64,000 nt of DNA from Opitutia bacterium (lineage in GTDB: Bacteria; Verrucomicrobiota; Verrucomicrobiia; Opitutales; T3Sed10-336): positions 64,001-128,000 of the forward strand of contig JBJHCF010000004.1 of NCBI GenBank assembly GCA_050506795.1, read 5' to 3'. The notes beneath the pieces are model-generated. The model saw nothing but the letters and a program-made list of their open reading frames with translations, did no database searches and was not told the origin of the DNA. Below, piece after piece: positions 37,383-47,690 of the stretch; position 1 is the first letter of the stretch; the number at the start of each line of letters is the position of its first letter. The position numbers and the translations under genes were made by a program.

Positions 37383-39478
37383 AAAAACGTTTTTCGATTT
37401 TCTTTTTGGCTCTCATTATCCTGTTGCCGGCGCCGGCTGCGATCGCTGAGGACGAGGGCGATTCGCCTAAATTGAAGGTGAGAGGATACGGGTTCTGGGG
37501 AAATCGGGAACTTCGCCGGACGATCGAACTTCTGGATACGGAGGAGGAGCGACGATTTTTCGACGCCAACTTTATCGAGGATGCGGTTTTTATCCTCAAT
37601 TCAAGGGTGCAGCAGGACGGATACCTGCGGCCCACCATCTCCGCGCGGGTCACGTTGGAGGACGGAACGGTGGAACGTTTTACCTGGACCGACCGGTTGG
37701 ATACCCTTCTGCCGCGACCTTTGATGGCCCGGGCCGTGCGGTTCGACATCGACGAAGGGGTGCTCTTTTATTACGATCGGATAGAGTTTGAAGGGTTGAC
37801 CGTACTCGACCGCAGTGAGGCGGAAACCTATTTTGTTCCGTCGGACTTCCTTTTTCGACTTCGGGGAACGCGTGCTTTTACCCCGCGACGTCTGGACAGC
37901 AGTATCGGTAATCTGCGGGAACTGCTGGTCGGTCGGGGATACGAGAGCGCGCGGGTCACTCTGTTGTCTATGGAGCGTGATGAGGAATCCGGAGCGGTGT
38001 CGGTGCGCATCGGGGTGGAGGAAGGGAAACAAACGATAATCCGGACTTCGCGCGAGGAGGTGTTTGTCGAAGGTGAGGACGAGCCTTCACAGGTGGTTGA
38101 CCGTGAGCCGGGCAGACCGTTTTCGCGCATGTGGGTTCAGGATCGCAGTCTGGATCTGCGCAACAGTTTTTACCGTCAGGGCTATCCTGATGCACGGGTC
38201 GAGGTGACAACGGTTGCGCGCGAGGAGTTGGATGATCGAGTTGAAGTGGACCTGCTGTTTCAGGTTCGAACCGGTAATAAGATTTATGTTGCCGACGTTG
38301 TCTTCGAGGGGGCGGAGAAAACGAGGGAATCCGTCCTTCGTCGCCGTGTCCGGGCGAGGTCGGGCGACCAGTTGGATCGCCTGGAAATGGATCAGGCGCG
38401 TTTTCGGTTGGCCAGGCTGGGAGTCTTCGATCGGGTCGAAGTTTCCTACGAGGAAGTCGATGAGGAGACCCGCAATGTGCTCTTCCGATTGCGGGAAGGC
38501 AAGGAGATTGATATCAGTTTGCTCTTTGGTTACGGGAGTTACGAACTGTTGCGGGGCGGTCTGGAGATCGAGCAGTACAACATCTTCGGCCGTGCGCACC
38601 GGTCCCGGCTCATGGCGATTCAATCTTTTAAGGCATCCAGTGCCGATTATCTCTATACCATGCCCGAAGTGTTTGGAGAGGATATCAACGCCTTCGGGCG
38701 GGCCAGCGCTTTGCGACGTGAGGAGATTGATTTTATCCGCACCGAGTACGGCGGCACGGTCGGCCTGCAAAAGTACGCGCCGCGTATCGACAGCGATCTG
38801 ACCCTGCGTTACAGCTATCAGCTGCTTCAGTCGGGGCGTTTTGATCTTGTGGAGGAGGACGGCATCGGGCGTGCGCAGGTGGGGTCGGTCGGCTTTGACG
38901 TTCGTCATGACGTGCGTGATAACCCGATTTATCCCAGAAGCGGGCACAGCCTCTTTGTGATCACTGAGGCGGCATCGGAGTACTTTCTGGGCGAGGCCAA
39001 CTATCAGCGCCTGGAGTTGGGGGCCTCTTGGCACAAGGGAATCGGACGCGGAGCTTACATCAATGCGGGTTTCACCCATGGGGTGGTGCATGCCGATGGA
39101 GCGGTGAGCGAAAACCTGCCCTTCAATAAACGGTTTTTTCCCGGAGGCGACAGTTCCATTCGCGGCTACCAGTTCGGTCAGGCGGCCTCCCGCAATGAGG
39201 CGGGGCGTTTGGCCGGGTCGGAGACCTACGCCTTGCTGAACCTGGAGTTTGAGCAGGTGCTGACTCCTAATTGGTCGGTTGTGCTGTTTTCCGATTCGCT
39301 GGCCATTGCCCGGAGATTTTCCGGATATCCATCGGAGGAGGAGCTCTATTCGATCGGCGCGGGAATCCGCTACAAAACCTTCATCGGACCGATTCGTTTG
39401 GAGTATGGGCACAATTTGAATCCACGGGATCGGGATCCGTCAGGCACTCTCCACCTTTCGATCGGCTTCCCATTCTAA
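37379..39478 (+). CDS. tamA: Omp85/BamA-TamA family outer membrane protein
   Basis: POTRA repeats, RFFPGGDSSIRGY, GPIRLEYG, C-terminal SIGFPF. Confidence 0.88.
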   Translation: MKKRFSIFFLALIILLPAPAAIAEDEGDSPKLKVRGYGFWGNRELRRTIELLDTEEERRFFDANFIEDAVFILNSRVQQDGYLRPTISARVTLEDGTVERFTWTDRLDTLLPRPLMARAVRFDIDEGVLFYYDRIEFEGLTVLDRSEAETYFVPSDFLFRLRGTRAFTPRRLDSSIGNLRELLVGRGYESARVTLLSMERDEESGAVSVRIGVEEGKQTIIRTSREEVFVEGEDEPSQVVDREPGRPFSRMWVQDRSLDLRNSFYRQGYPDARVEVTTVAREELDDRVEVDLLFQVRTGNKIYVADVVFEGAEKTRESVLRRRVRARSGDQLDRLEMDQARFRLARLGVFDRVEVSYEEVDEETRNVLFRLREGKEIDISLLFGYGSYELLRGGLEIEQYNIFGRAHRSRLMAIQSFKASSADYLYTMPEVFGEDINAFGRASALRREEIDFIRTEYGGTVGLQKYAPRIDSDLTLRYSYQLLQSGRFDLVEEDGIGRAQVGSVGFDVRHDVRDNPIYPRSGHSLFVITEAASEYFLGEANYQRLELGASWHKGIGRGAYINAGFTHGVVHADGAVSENLPFNKRFFPGGDSSIRGYQFGQAASRNEAGRLAGSETYALLNLEFEQVLTPNWSVVLFSDSLAIARRFSGYPSEEELYSIGAGIRYKTFIGPIRLEYGHNLNPRDRDPSGTLHLSIGFPF

Positions 39479-39505
39479 ACGAGGAAAGCCGATCGGCGCC
39501 GTCGA

Positions 39506-40171
39506 TCAACGCCGAGTCAACATGAAAAGATAAATCAGGTTGGCCAGGCTGCTCACGAAGGCGGCGACGTAGGTCAGGGCGGCGGCGTTCAGAGTCTGGC
39601 TCACTCCCGGCATCTCGTCCGGTCCGATTATTCCGATGGCGACCAGTTCCTTTTTGGCCCGGCGGCTGGCGTCAAACTCGACGGGCAAAGTGACCAACTG
39701 GAAAATGGTCAAGATCAGGTAGACGAAAACCCCGAGCATCAGCAATCCAAGCATGTTGAAGAGGATGCCGCCGATCATGATAAGGGGCAGCATTTGCGCG
39801 GAAATATTGGTGATCGGAACCAGCGCCATGCGCAGCTTGAGCGCTTGATATCCGACCTTGTGCTGAATGGCGTGACCCGCTTCGTGCGCGGCCACCCCGA
39901 GGGCGGCCAGACTGGTGCCCCGGTAATTCTCACTGCTTAGCACCAATCGTTTGTTGATGGGATCATAATGGTCGGTCAGGTGACCCCCGGTTTCCACGAT
40001 CTGGACGCCCGCGACCCCCGCTTTGCGCATCACGGCGTCGGCCGCTTCACGACCGGTGATACCGCCGCGGGAAGGGACTCGAACCCACTTGTTGTAGGTC
40101 GACGTCACCTTGTGCTGAGCGTAGATGCCGAGGATAAAGGTGGGAACAATGAGAATTAAAAAAAGATACAT
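39506..40171 (-). CDS. Neutral zinc metallopeptidase (YugP-like)
   Basis: LTDHYDP, AAHEAGHAIQH, TLPVEFDAS, AALTYVA. Confidence 0.92.
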   Translation of the reverse strand: MYLFLILIVPTFILGIYAQHKVTSTYNKWVRVPSRGGITGREAADAVMRKAGVAGVQIVETGGHLTDHYDPINKRLVLSSENYRGTSLAALGVAAHEAGHAIQHKVGYQALKLRMALVPITNISAQMLPLIMIGGILFNMLGLLMLGVFVYLILTIFQLVTLPVEFDASRRAKKELVAIGIIGPDEMPGVSQTLNAAALTYVAAFVSSLANLIYLFMLTRR

Positions 40172-40258
40172 GCCTGCTATAAGTAATGGAAATTAGAATC
40201 GGCTTAACGATGGAATGGCTCAATGGAAACGAAAAAAAGGATCGGGTTCCCTGAAAAC

Positions 40259-40291
40259 GAAGAAAGCCGGGCTTCGCGCCCGGCTTTCTTT
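40259..40291. terminator. Intrinsic terminator, probably for the small lipoprotein gene
   Basis: AAGAAAGCCGGGC-TTCGC-GCCCGGCTTTCTT. Confidence 0.7.
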
Positions 40292-40360
40292 CGGTTAAAG
40301 AGACTGTCCCGACAGCTCATGCTTCATCGGGACGGATGAAACGAATCGATGTCACCTCTC

Positions 40361-40576
40361 TTACTGAGGCGTTTCCGACGGAGTTTCCGGGTGTTCGGGA
40401 TGTTGAGGTTCAGGCAAGGGTTCTCCCGGAAGGCCGGGCTGGTCCGGGTCCGGCGGCGGGGCCATATCGTCCGGCGGGGCGCAACCGGTGACGTTGACTC
40501 CGAGACCGATCGCGGCAATAGCCGCCAGCGCGAGTGTCTTTTTCCCAAGTGATAGTTCAGTGCGTTTTTTCTTCAT
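40361..40576 (-). CDS. Small Pro-rich lipoprotein
   Basis: Basic N-terminus, hydrophobic core, lipobox VTGC, Pro/Glu/Asp-rich mature part. Confidence 0.7.
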   Translation of the reverse strand: MKKKRTELSLGKKTLALAAIAAIGLGVNVTGCAPPDDMAPPPDPDQPGLPGEPLPEPQHPEHPETPSETPQ

Positions 40577-40726
40577 GATGCGGCTTTCTGGTCAATGGTT
40601 GTTCACAATTAGAGATTTAACCTCAGTTCCAGCGACAGGTCCAGCACCAGGAGGTTCCCGAATTGGTTATACTTCTTCAAGAAAACAGAGTTACAGTTGA
40701 AAAAAGTCAAATAACATCACACATCG

Positions 40727-41830
40727 TCAGTTGGCAAAACGAAAAAGGGCAACATCGCCATCCTGGAAAACGTAATCCTTGCCCTCCAGGCGCGCCTTTC
40801 CCGCCTCCCGGGCCGCCGTCATGCCGCCGAACTCCCTGAGGTGCTCGTAGGAAACGACCTCGGCCTTGATGAAACCCTTTTCGAAATCGGTGTGAATGAC
40901 CCCGGCCGCCTGGGGGGCTTTCATGCCCAGAGTGATGGTCCAGGCCCGGACCTCCTTTTCCCCCGCGGTGAAGTAGGTGACCAGGCCCAGGAGTTGGTAA
41001 ACGCCGCGTATCAGAGTGTCGACGCCGGAGTCATTGACTCCGTAACCGGCCAAAAATTCCCTCACTTCCTCCGGGGCCAAATCCACCAGTTCGGATTCCA
41101 GGCGGGCGCTGACGTGGACGCAGGCGGCGCCGTGGTGTTCCCGGGCGTAGGTTTCCACTTTCTGCACGTACGGGTTGGCGGAAGCGTTGGCCAGGTCGCC
41201 TTCCGCGACGTTGGCCGCGTAAAGGATGGGTTTCGCGGAAAGCAGGAAGAAGCTTTTCATCACCGCTCGCTCGTCGTCTGACAACTCCGCGGTGATCGCG
41301 GGTTTTGTTTCGTTGAGGTGCGGGATGAGCTTTTCCGCGATCAACAGTTGGGCCTGGGCTTCCTGGTCGTTGCCGCGAGCCTTCTTTTTCAGCTTTTCAA
41401 TCCGTTTTTCCAGCGATGCAATATCGGCCAGAATCAGCTCGGTGTTGATGGTTTCGATGTCGCGAATCGGATCGACCCCGCCCATGCTGTGGAGGATGTT
41501 GTCGTCATCGAAGCAGCGCACCACATGCACGATGGCGTCCACTTCGCGGATGTTGGAAAGAAACTGGTTTCCCAGACCCTCGCCTTTGCTTGCGCCGGCC
41601 ACCAGACCCGCGATGTCGACGAATTCGATCGCCGCCGGGATGACCACGTCGGTCCGCACGATCCCCTGCAGGACGGCCAGTCGCTCGTCCGGGACGGTCA
41701 CGACTCCCACGTTGGGATCGATCGTGCAGAACGGGTAATTGGCGGATTCCGCCTTGTGCGTTTTGGTTAACGCGTTGAAAAGTGTCGATTTCCCCACGTT
41801 GGGGAGTCCCACGATGCCGGCTTGTAACAT
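40727..41830 (-). CDS. ychF: Ribosome-binding ATPase YchF
   Basis: [45 protein letters not shown]. Confidence 0.97.
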   Translation of the reverse strand: MLQAGIVGLPNVGKSTLFNALTKTHKAESANYPFCTIDPNVGVVTVPDERLAVLQGIVRTDVVIPAAIEFVDIAGLVAGASKGEGLGNQFLSNIREVDAIVHVVRCFDDDNILHSMGGVDPIRDIETINTELILADIASLEKRIEKLKKKARGNDQEAQAQLLIAEKLIPHLNETKPAITAELSDDERAVMKSFFLLSAKPILYAANVAEGDLANASANPYVQKVETYAREHHGAACVHVSARLESELVDLAPEEVREFLAGYGVNDSGVDTLIRGVYQLLGLVTYFTAGEKEVRAWTITLGMKAPQAAGVIHTDFEKGFIKAEVVSYEHLREFGGMTAAREAGKARLEGKDYVFQDGDVALFRFAN

Positions 41831-41947
41831 GATTTCTGACTTCTCTGAAAAGGAGGGGGCGGCGTCGACCTAAAAACGAGAAAACCAGGAAAAGGGCTTG
41901 CCTTAACCCGGCGATCTCCTTTTAGGTCAGGGTTTGGTTTAGGGCTT

Positions 41948-42021
41948 CGGGCCGTGGCGCAGCCTGGTAGCGCGCTTGCATGGGGTGCAAGAGGTCGAGA
42001 GTTCGAATCTCTCCGGCCCGA
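41948..42021 (+). tRNA. tRNA-Pro(GGG)
   Basis: CGGGCCG/CGGCCCG acceptor stem, anticodon arm CTTGC-ATGGGGT-GCAAG, GTTCGAATC; CCA not encoded. Confidence 0.95.
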
Positions 42022-42030
42022 CCGGAAATA

Positions 42031-42067
42031 AAAGAGGCTTCCGAAGTGATTCTTCGGAAGCCTCTTT
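42031..42067. terminator. Bidirectional intrinsic terminator
   Basis: AAAGAGGCTTCCGAAG-TGATT-CTTCGGAAGCCTCTTT between the convergent tRNA-Pro and DUF1080 genes. Confidence 0.8.
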
Positions 42068-42094
42068 GCCTTTGAAATCCGGGTCGCCTGGTCC

Positions 42095-42892
42095 TCAGGG
42101 ATCCAGTTTGCGAATACGGACTGAACGGATATCGGTGGGATGGCTTTCTGCCTGCAGGGCGATATGGCCCTCGGTCAAAGGAGTGCCATCTTCGAGTTGG
42201 GTACCGGAATATTCCATGACGAGTTCGCCGTTCAGGATATGCTGAATCAATTCATCGCCCCTAACAATCAACTCGGCGGTGACCCATTGATCGCCGTGGT
42301 GTGTGGGGCCCCCGGAGCCGATGCAGTGCTCTCGGCGCAGTTGGCCATCAACAACCACATGGGTTCCCGGAGTGCAGATGCTGCCGTTCGGACGGTCATT
42401 TGTGCCGTCTCCTCCCAGCAGCTGATACTCGATGGAAACAGGGAAGTCCTGATTCAGGAGCATCGTCGCCGCCGGCTGGGAGTGGAACATGATCCCGTTG
42501 TTGCGGTAGGCCCAGCCCGGACCGTTTTGCACCTGTTCTCCAACGAAGCGGTACTCTACGATCAGGTGGTAGTGGGAGAAAGGCTCTTCGTAAAAAATGT
42601 GGCCGAAACGTTCTTCGAATGTGTCATATTCGTCGTAGCGGATTTTCAGTATACCATCCTCGACGCGAAAGGTGTTGCCGTAATTGTCGTTCAGTTCATA
42701 GCCCCGGATTTTAATGTCCCAGCCGTCGAGGTTTTCCCCGTTAAAAAGGTCGACCCATTCGCTGTTACGGTTGCCGGAGGTCTGGCAGGCGGCAAAGACG
42801 AAGGTGGCGGCGACCGCGGCGAGGCGGAGGACACGGGAGGAGAGGGAACTCCGGTTTTGGTTCAGTAGTTGAGATGTGTTTTCTGCGTTCAT
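42095..42892 (-). CDS. DUF1080 / 3-keto-disaccharide hydrolase-family lipoprotein
   Basis: WVDLFNGENLDGW, NNGI, SIEYQL, GHIALQAESHP; lipobox FAAC. Confidence 0.88.
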   Translation of the reverse strand: MNAENTSQLLNQNRSSLSSRVLRLAAVAATFVFAACQTSGNRNSEWVDLFNGENLDGWDIKIRGYELNDNYGNTFRVEDGILKIRYDEYDTFEERFGHIFYEEPFSHYHLIVEYRFVGEQVQNGPGWAYRNNGIMFHSQPAATMLLNQDFPVSIEYQLLGGDGTNDRPNGSICTPGTHVVVDGQLRREHCIGSGGPTHHGDQWVTAELIVRGDELIQHILNGELVMEYSGTQLEDGTPLTEGHIALQAESHPTDIRSVRIRKLDP

Positions 42893-42936
42893 AAGAGTCT
42901 TACAATTATAGTGTCGGGTGGCTGTTTGGGCGTCGG

Positions 42937-43815
42937 TCAACCGCGCATGAGCTGTTTCATGAACTCAGCGTTTTCACGCACCGCGTCGATCGGCGTGGTG
43001 CCGGCATAGGCTTCCTGCTCCACCAGGAAGTATTTCATGCCGTTGGCCCGGGCCACCGGAAGGATGGCGTGAAAATCGATCACACCGGTGCCGAGAATCG
43101 TGGATTGCCGGTTGTTGTTGCCGGCGGTCAGGTCCTTGACATGGGAGGAGGTGAAACGTCCCGGATAACGGTTGATCCACTCGATGGTGCTTTCGCCCGT
43201 GATTTCCACCCAGTAAATGTCGAGCTGGAACTCAACAAGATCCGGGTCGGTGCGCTGCATCAGAATGTCCTGAGGCATCTCGCCGTTTTGTTGCCTAAAG
43301 GTGTAGTCGTGATTGTGATACGCGAACTTCAATCCGGCGTCTCTGGCGATGCGACCGCGTTCGTTGAATTGGTCGGCGATCTCCCGGTAGCCGTCGAGGC
43401 TGTCCCGGCGACCTATCCAGGGGCAGACAATGTATTCCATGCCGATTTCCGCGGCCTCGTCCACTTTGCGTTCGAAATCATTGAACACGTTGGCATGACT
43501 GGAAACCGGGCGCATGCCGTGATCTTCCAGAAAGGTTTTGAACCCGGTGTTGCCCATTCCCCAGAACATGCCCTGGGGGCCTTCGTAACTTTCAATCTGG
43601 GTGTAGCCGAACTCACCGACCTGGCGTAACACGCCTTGGGGATCGTCCACGATCACGTCCCGCAGCGTGTAAAGCTGTAAACCAAAGGCCGTGTCCCGTG
43701 ACCGGCGGTTGGCGTGGGCACATCCTTTCATTAGAGGCAAGCTGCCGAGCGCCAGGCCGGAGGCCAGTATGCCGGAGGATTTGAGGAAGGAACGACGACT
43801 AAGGTTTTTGTTCAT
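42937..43815 (-). CDS. Tat-exported sugar phosphate isomerase/epimerase (AP_endonuc_2 TIM barrel)
   Basis: SRRSFLK Tat motif, GLQLYTLRD, YHNH, LDIYW, HVKD, VEQE. Confidence 0.9.
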   Translation of the reverse strand: MNKNLSRRSFLKSSGILASGLALGSLPLMKGCAHANRRSRDTAFGLQLYTLRDVIVDDPQGVLRQVGEFGYTQIESYEGPQGMFWGMGNTGFKTFLEDHGMRPVSSHANVFNDFERKVDEAAEIGMEYIVCPWIGRRDSLDGYREIADQFNERGRIARDAGLKFAYHNHDYTFRQQNGEMPQDILMQRTDPDLVEFQLDIYWVEITGESTIEWINRYPGRFTSSHVKDLTAGNNNRQSTILGTGVIDFHAILPVARANGMKYFLVEQEAYAGTTPIDAVRENAEFMKQLMRG

Positions 43816-44010
43816 AGTAGATCCAAGTCAATGATTTCCACCGTACGGGTCGAGCAAAAAGCCGTTTCTCTCAGGATCCAAACATCGGCTTTCATTGTCA
43901 TTAACCATGTTAATCCGGAACCTTGGCTGTTCGGGGATGCGTAAGGTAATACCGCGATGCGCACGGATGTTTTCGAGCAGTTAAGCGCGACATTGCTTTT
44001 CCATCTGTCA

Positions 44011-44038
44011 GGGTGCGGGGCCGGATTTGAACCGGCGA
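44011..44038 (-). repeat. Duplicated 3' end of tRNA-fMet (att-like scar)
   Basis: TCGCCGGTTCAAATCCGGCCCC-GCACCC versus tRNA TCGCCGGTTCAAATCCGGCCCCTGCACCC. Confidence 0.8.
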
Positions 44039-44085
44039 TCCCGCAGGCGCGGTGTCAGGAGCCGAACCGCCCGTTCGGGGCGGCC

Positions 44086-44126
44086 ATAAAAAATCCCCGA
44101 AATCATTGATTTCGAGGATCTTTTAT
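44086..44126 (-). terminator. Terminator-like hairpin downstream of tRNA-fMet
   Basis: ATAAAAAATCCCCGAAATC-ATT-GATTTCGAGGATCTTTTAT imperfect inverted repeat with A/T runs. Confidence 0.6.
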
Positions 44127-44130
44127 TAGG

Positions 44131-44204
<74 letters not shown>

Positions 44205-44275
44205 ACAGATGAAGAGGATAAGGTAAGCCCGGCTTGGTTGGGCGTTCAAGTGAAAAATATACTTTTCTCAGGATT

Positions 44276-45502
44276 TTAGTGAGGAAAGCCCTGGCTGTAG
44301 GCTTGGTGATGGGCGTCGATTTCCGCGCGTTCCAGGTTCTCCCTGCGGTCGGTGACCCAGAAACGGTAGCGAAAGGTGAGCGGTTGGTCGGCGGTCAGGG
44401 TGGTAGGAATGAATTCACCGAAACGACCGTAAAGCCTCTCGGACATCTCGCGCCGGTCGTCTCCCGCGATGTCGCCGTTGGCGGGATGAGAGAGGTAAGC
44501 GACGGTGTAATCGTCGCCCTCTATGGTGAACTGAAAGGCGTTCCAGGGAAGCCCCGTGATGCCGGCGTGTTCGCTTGCCGGGTCACGGTCCGCCCAATCC
44601 CCGGGCCGAAGGAAGCTGGAGAGCTCCCGATTGTCGGCCACGTATTGGGCCGCGCGAAACTGGACGCCCGCGTGATGGTTGTCACCGGCGAGTTCGATGT
44701 CCCCGACTCTCGACGTCAGGGTGGAGGTGAAATCGATATGAAAGTCGCCGCTTGACTGTTTGAACACTCGCAGCGTCCGGGTTTCTTCGATGAACCGGGT
44801 GTCCTCGGCGTCGGTCCAGTCGATGCGCACCGAATGACCACCGAACACCGGACCGGCCCAGGCGCGCAGGGTGCCGCGGTGCTCGGAACGTTCGCCGCGG
44901 GTGGCGTGCCAGATGTCGGCGCCGCCGCCTTCGAAGCGAATGTGGTTGTAACCGAAATAAATCCCCCGGTGATGGGGAAACAGGCCGCCCAGTCCCTTGG
45001 TGAGGTGCCGCGTGCCATCCGGCGAAAACACGTGGTGAAAGGGCTTTTTGGTGTCTTCGATGTTCTCCGGATCAAAGCGGGGGTGGATGTACTCCAGGAC
45101 AGGGACGCCGTCGAAGGTCAACAGCGTGGCGCCGTTGTCCTCCGGAGCCCAGGCAAAGCGTTTCCCCGCTTCCGGCGCATCCGGCACGACGACGTATTCA
45201 CGGGTCTCTCCCGCGGGTACCGTGGCCATAAACCAGAGGAGCGTGCGTCCGTCCTCGGCCGCTTCCACCTGGGCGGGAATCCGCTCGCCGTTGCTGGTCA
45301 GGTGAACGGAAGAATCTTCGCCCAGCACTTCGTTGCCGGTCCACTCCACGGCATAGGGCGCCTCGTTCAGGGCGTGTTCGCCCGCTCGTACGCTTATGGT
45401 GGTTGCGGCACCGTCTTCGGCGAAAAGGATCGGGCCGAAAACTGCGGTGAGAGCGCATAATACGGTCGCCCTTGCGGTCAGGTTGATCTTTGGTTTTTTC
45501 AT
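44276..45502 (-). CDS. Exported DUF6807 ('PmoA-family') protein
   Basis: Signal peptide; KPFHHV, PHHRGIYFG, EETR, LTFRYRF. Confidence 0.7.
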   Translation of the reverse strand: MKKPKINLTARATVLCALTAVFGPILFAEDGAATTISVRAGEHALNEAPYAVEWTGNEVLGEDSSVHLTSNGERIPAQVEAAEDGRTLLWFMATVPAGETREYVVVPDAPEAGKRFAWAPEDNGATLLTFDGVPVLEYIHPRFDPENIEDTKKPFHHVFSPDGTRHLTKGLGGLFPHHRGIYFGYNHIRFEGGGADIWHATRGERSEHRGTLRAWAGPVFGGHSVRIDWTDAEDTRFIEETRTLRVFKQSSGDFHIDFTSTLTSRVGDIELAGDNHHAGVQFRAAQYVADNRELSSFLRPGDWADRDPASEHAGITGLPWNAFQFTIEGDDYTVAYLSHPANGDIAGDDRREMSERLYGRFGEFIPTTLTADQPLTFRYRFWVTDRRENLERAEIDAHHQAYSQGFPH

Positions 45503-45561
45503 AAAGGTGATTTGGGCGGGGAAAAGGCTGAATTGGAACTCCGGGGCTGAACTCGGTCTCC

Positions 45562-45795
45562 TCAAGGTCTCAGATCGTGCTTCAGGGAGCTTGTTTCATA
45601 GTTTCTGGGCGACAACTCCAGGATCTGCCGGAACGTGTTGAGAATGGAGATTTCATCGTCGACGTTCAGGATGGTCTCTCCCCGGCCCGGTGGCAAGTTT
45701 TCCTGGGGCGAAGCCGGTGAAGTGGCAACCCCGATATCGATCTGGGCCGGCAAATCGACGTTGAAGCCGATGCCTTTGCCGACCTCACCGTAAAT
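45562..45795 (-). pseudogene. Fragment of a hybrid histidine kinase
   Basis: IYGEVGKGIGFNVDLPA (HATPase end), linker, GRGETILNVDDE (receiver start), then decay. Confidence 0.7.
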
Positions 45796-45912
45796 CCGGG
45801 AGTGATCTCGTCGGGATTATGATCGAAACGATCTTCTCCGGGCAGCAGACCTCGGTGGTGTGAAGTGTCCCGTTCTAGCGCCCCAATCCCCTGGAACAGC
45901 AAGGCGATTTGG

Positions 45913-47436
45913 TCACTTGGCGACCGGGGCGAGACGACTTTTCACCGTCCTCCGGTCGAGCCCGAGCCTTCGGGCGGTTTCCTCCAGGGTTCCGGACGCC
46001 GCATAGACGTCGGTGCAGTAACCGTGCAGGAGCTGGTCGGCGGTGAGGGCGTGACGGCGAGCCTGTTCGATCCAGTCTGAGCTTTGGTTGGGCTCCCGGT
46101 TCGGAGGCGAGTACTCTTTGCGAATGAGCAGATTCCTCAGGCACTGTTCCAATTCCCGGAAGTTGCCAGGCCAAGGATAGCCGGGGCCGAGGTTTTTTTC
46201 AATCCATTGCCGCGCCTCGTCCGCGAAGGTGACCGCGTCCGCCCGCTCGCCGATCAGGCGTCGGGCCACGAATCGGGTCAGGGTCGAGAGTTCCTCCGGA
46301 GAATCGGCCAGCTGTTCGTGCAGCGACGGCGTGCGGACCAGGTCCGAGCAGAGCCGGTAATAGAAATCCTCCCGGAACCGGCCCGCGTTCATTTCGGCGG
46401 CCAGATCGCGATTGGTCGCGGCGATGAGTTTTCCGCTGAAACGGTGCGCATCGGTCTCTCCCATACGCTGAAAGGTCCGGTCCTGAAGCACCCGCAGGAG
46501 TTTCACCTGAATGGACGGATCGACGTCGCCGATCTCGTCGAGGAAAACCGTTCCGCTCGGGGGACAAACCTCCAGCCAGCCGGTTCGATTTTCCACCGCG
46601 CCGGTGAATGCTCCCCGGCGGTGACCGAAGAGTTCCGATTCAATGAGAGTGGGGGAGAGCGCGGAAAGGTTGAGCGGATGGAACGACCCCGCGAAATTCT
46701 CTTCGAACGCGCCGCGCGAGGGGTCGAATGCCAGGTAGCGGGAAAGGCCGATCGCCCGCGCCACCAGTTCCTTGCCCGTTCCGGAGGGGCCGGTGATCAG
46801 GGTGGCGAAGTCGCCCATGACCGGATAAAGGGAACTGCGGTAACGCCGCATGTCGTGGGTGAAAATCGACTGCCAGATGGCGCCCCGCAATCGGGTGATG
46901 GGCAGGCTGCTGCCGATTACCGACCGGTGGATGTTGTGAAAGGCCCGCCGTATCTGAAAAAACGCCGCGAACAGGTGGTCTGAGGGAATTCGCTCCTCCG
47001 GTGGCAGGCCGGGCCGGTCGAAAAGGGCGTCGTAATCGCGCCGGAAATGGGGGAAAAACGCGACGCGGTTGGCGGGACGTGGCCCGTCCAGCACCGCTCG
47101 AATGCTGGCATCGAACCGTTCGCAGTAGTTGTGGAACAGTTTGTAGAGGGCCAGCGCCTCAAAAAGCCGGGCATCCTCGGCTCCCGGTTTTTTCCTTTGC
47201 GGCCAGTCCCGTGTGAGGCGGGCCAGCACGGATTCCACACGTTCCAGCAGCCGTATCAGGTTGGGATGTTGCGTTGCCAGGAGCGCCTGGCGATTCCACT
47301 CCGCGTCCTTTTCGACAAAGGCGTCCCCCAGCGCTTCACGCTCCGTGGCAATCCGTTCCTTGAGAAAGGGATTCTCGTAATTCAGGCGTTCGATGACCCG
47401 GGCGAAGCGCCGCTCTTCGGCGGTTAAGAGTTGCAT
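45913..47436 (-). CDS. Sigma54-dependent enhancer-binding protein
   Basis: GPSGTGKE, ESELFGH..GAFTGA, FLDEIG, AATNRDL, FREDFYYRL, WPGNFREL, C-terminal HTH. Confidence 0.92.
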   Translation of the reverse strand: MQLLTAEERRFARVIERLNYENPFLKERIATEREALGDAFVEKDAEWNRQALLATQHPNLIRLLERVESVLARLTRDWPQRKKPGAEDARLFEALALYKLFHNYCERFDASIRAVLDGPRPANRVAFFPHFRRDYDALFDRPGLPPEERIPSDHLFAAFFQIRRAFHNIHRSVIGSSLPITRLRGAIWQSIFTHDMRRYRSSLYPVMGDFATLITGPSGTGKELVARAIGLSRYLAFDPSRGAFEENFAGSFHPLNLSALSPTLIESELFGHRRGAFTGAVENRTGWLEVCPPSGTVFLDEIGDVDPSIQVKLLRVLQDRTFQRMGETDAHRFSGKLIAATNRDLAAEMNAGRFREDFYYRLCSDLVRTPSLHEQLADSPEELSTLTRFVARRLIGERADAVTFADEARQWIEKNLGPGYPWPGNFRELEQCLRNLLIRKEYSPPNREPNQSSDWIEQARRHALTADQLLHGYCTDVYAASGTLEETARRLGLDRRTVKSRLAPVAK

Positions 47437-47493
47437 GTGAAGACCGATAATGCCGCACCGGGACGGAAAGACAAGGCTGGGAGGAGTGGGCGG

Positions 47494-47620
47494 TACAAAT
47501 TTCGTATGAAGGCGTTCATTAATTGTAGGACGTTTAGTCTATCGTGGTTTTGTTAGGATTCTTATTAATTTGAAAAAGAAGGCCTTACGGATTCTGAGCA
47601 AATTGGCCCGACACCGGCTA
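47494..47620 (+). promoter_or_regulatory. Sigma54 promoter and candidate UAS pair for aas
   Basis: TGGCCCGACACCGGCT at 47604 has GG-N10-GC spacing; TACAAATTTCGTA (47494) and TTCATTAATTGTA (47515) are 21 bp apart; AT-rich tract between them and the promoter. Confidence 0.55.
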
Positions 47621-47690
47621 TAGGAACGTGTTCCGCCGGGAGATCCAGTACCCGGGAGGGAATTCTTCAAAACCACAAAATGACTCTGCC

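Noticed and set aside
44276..45502. Methane monooxygenase subunit
   Set aside because: A soluble exported protein without multiple TM helices or pmoCB; the family label is a misnomer.
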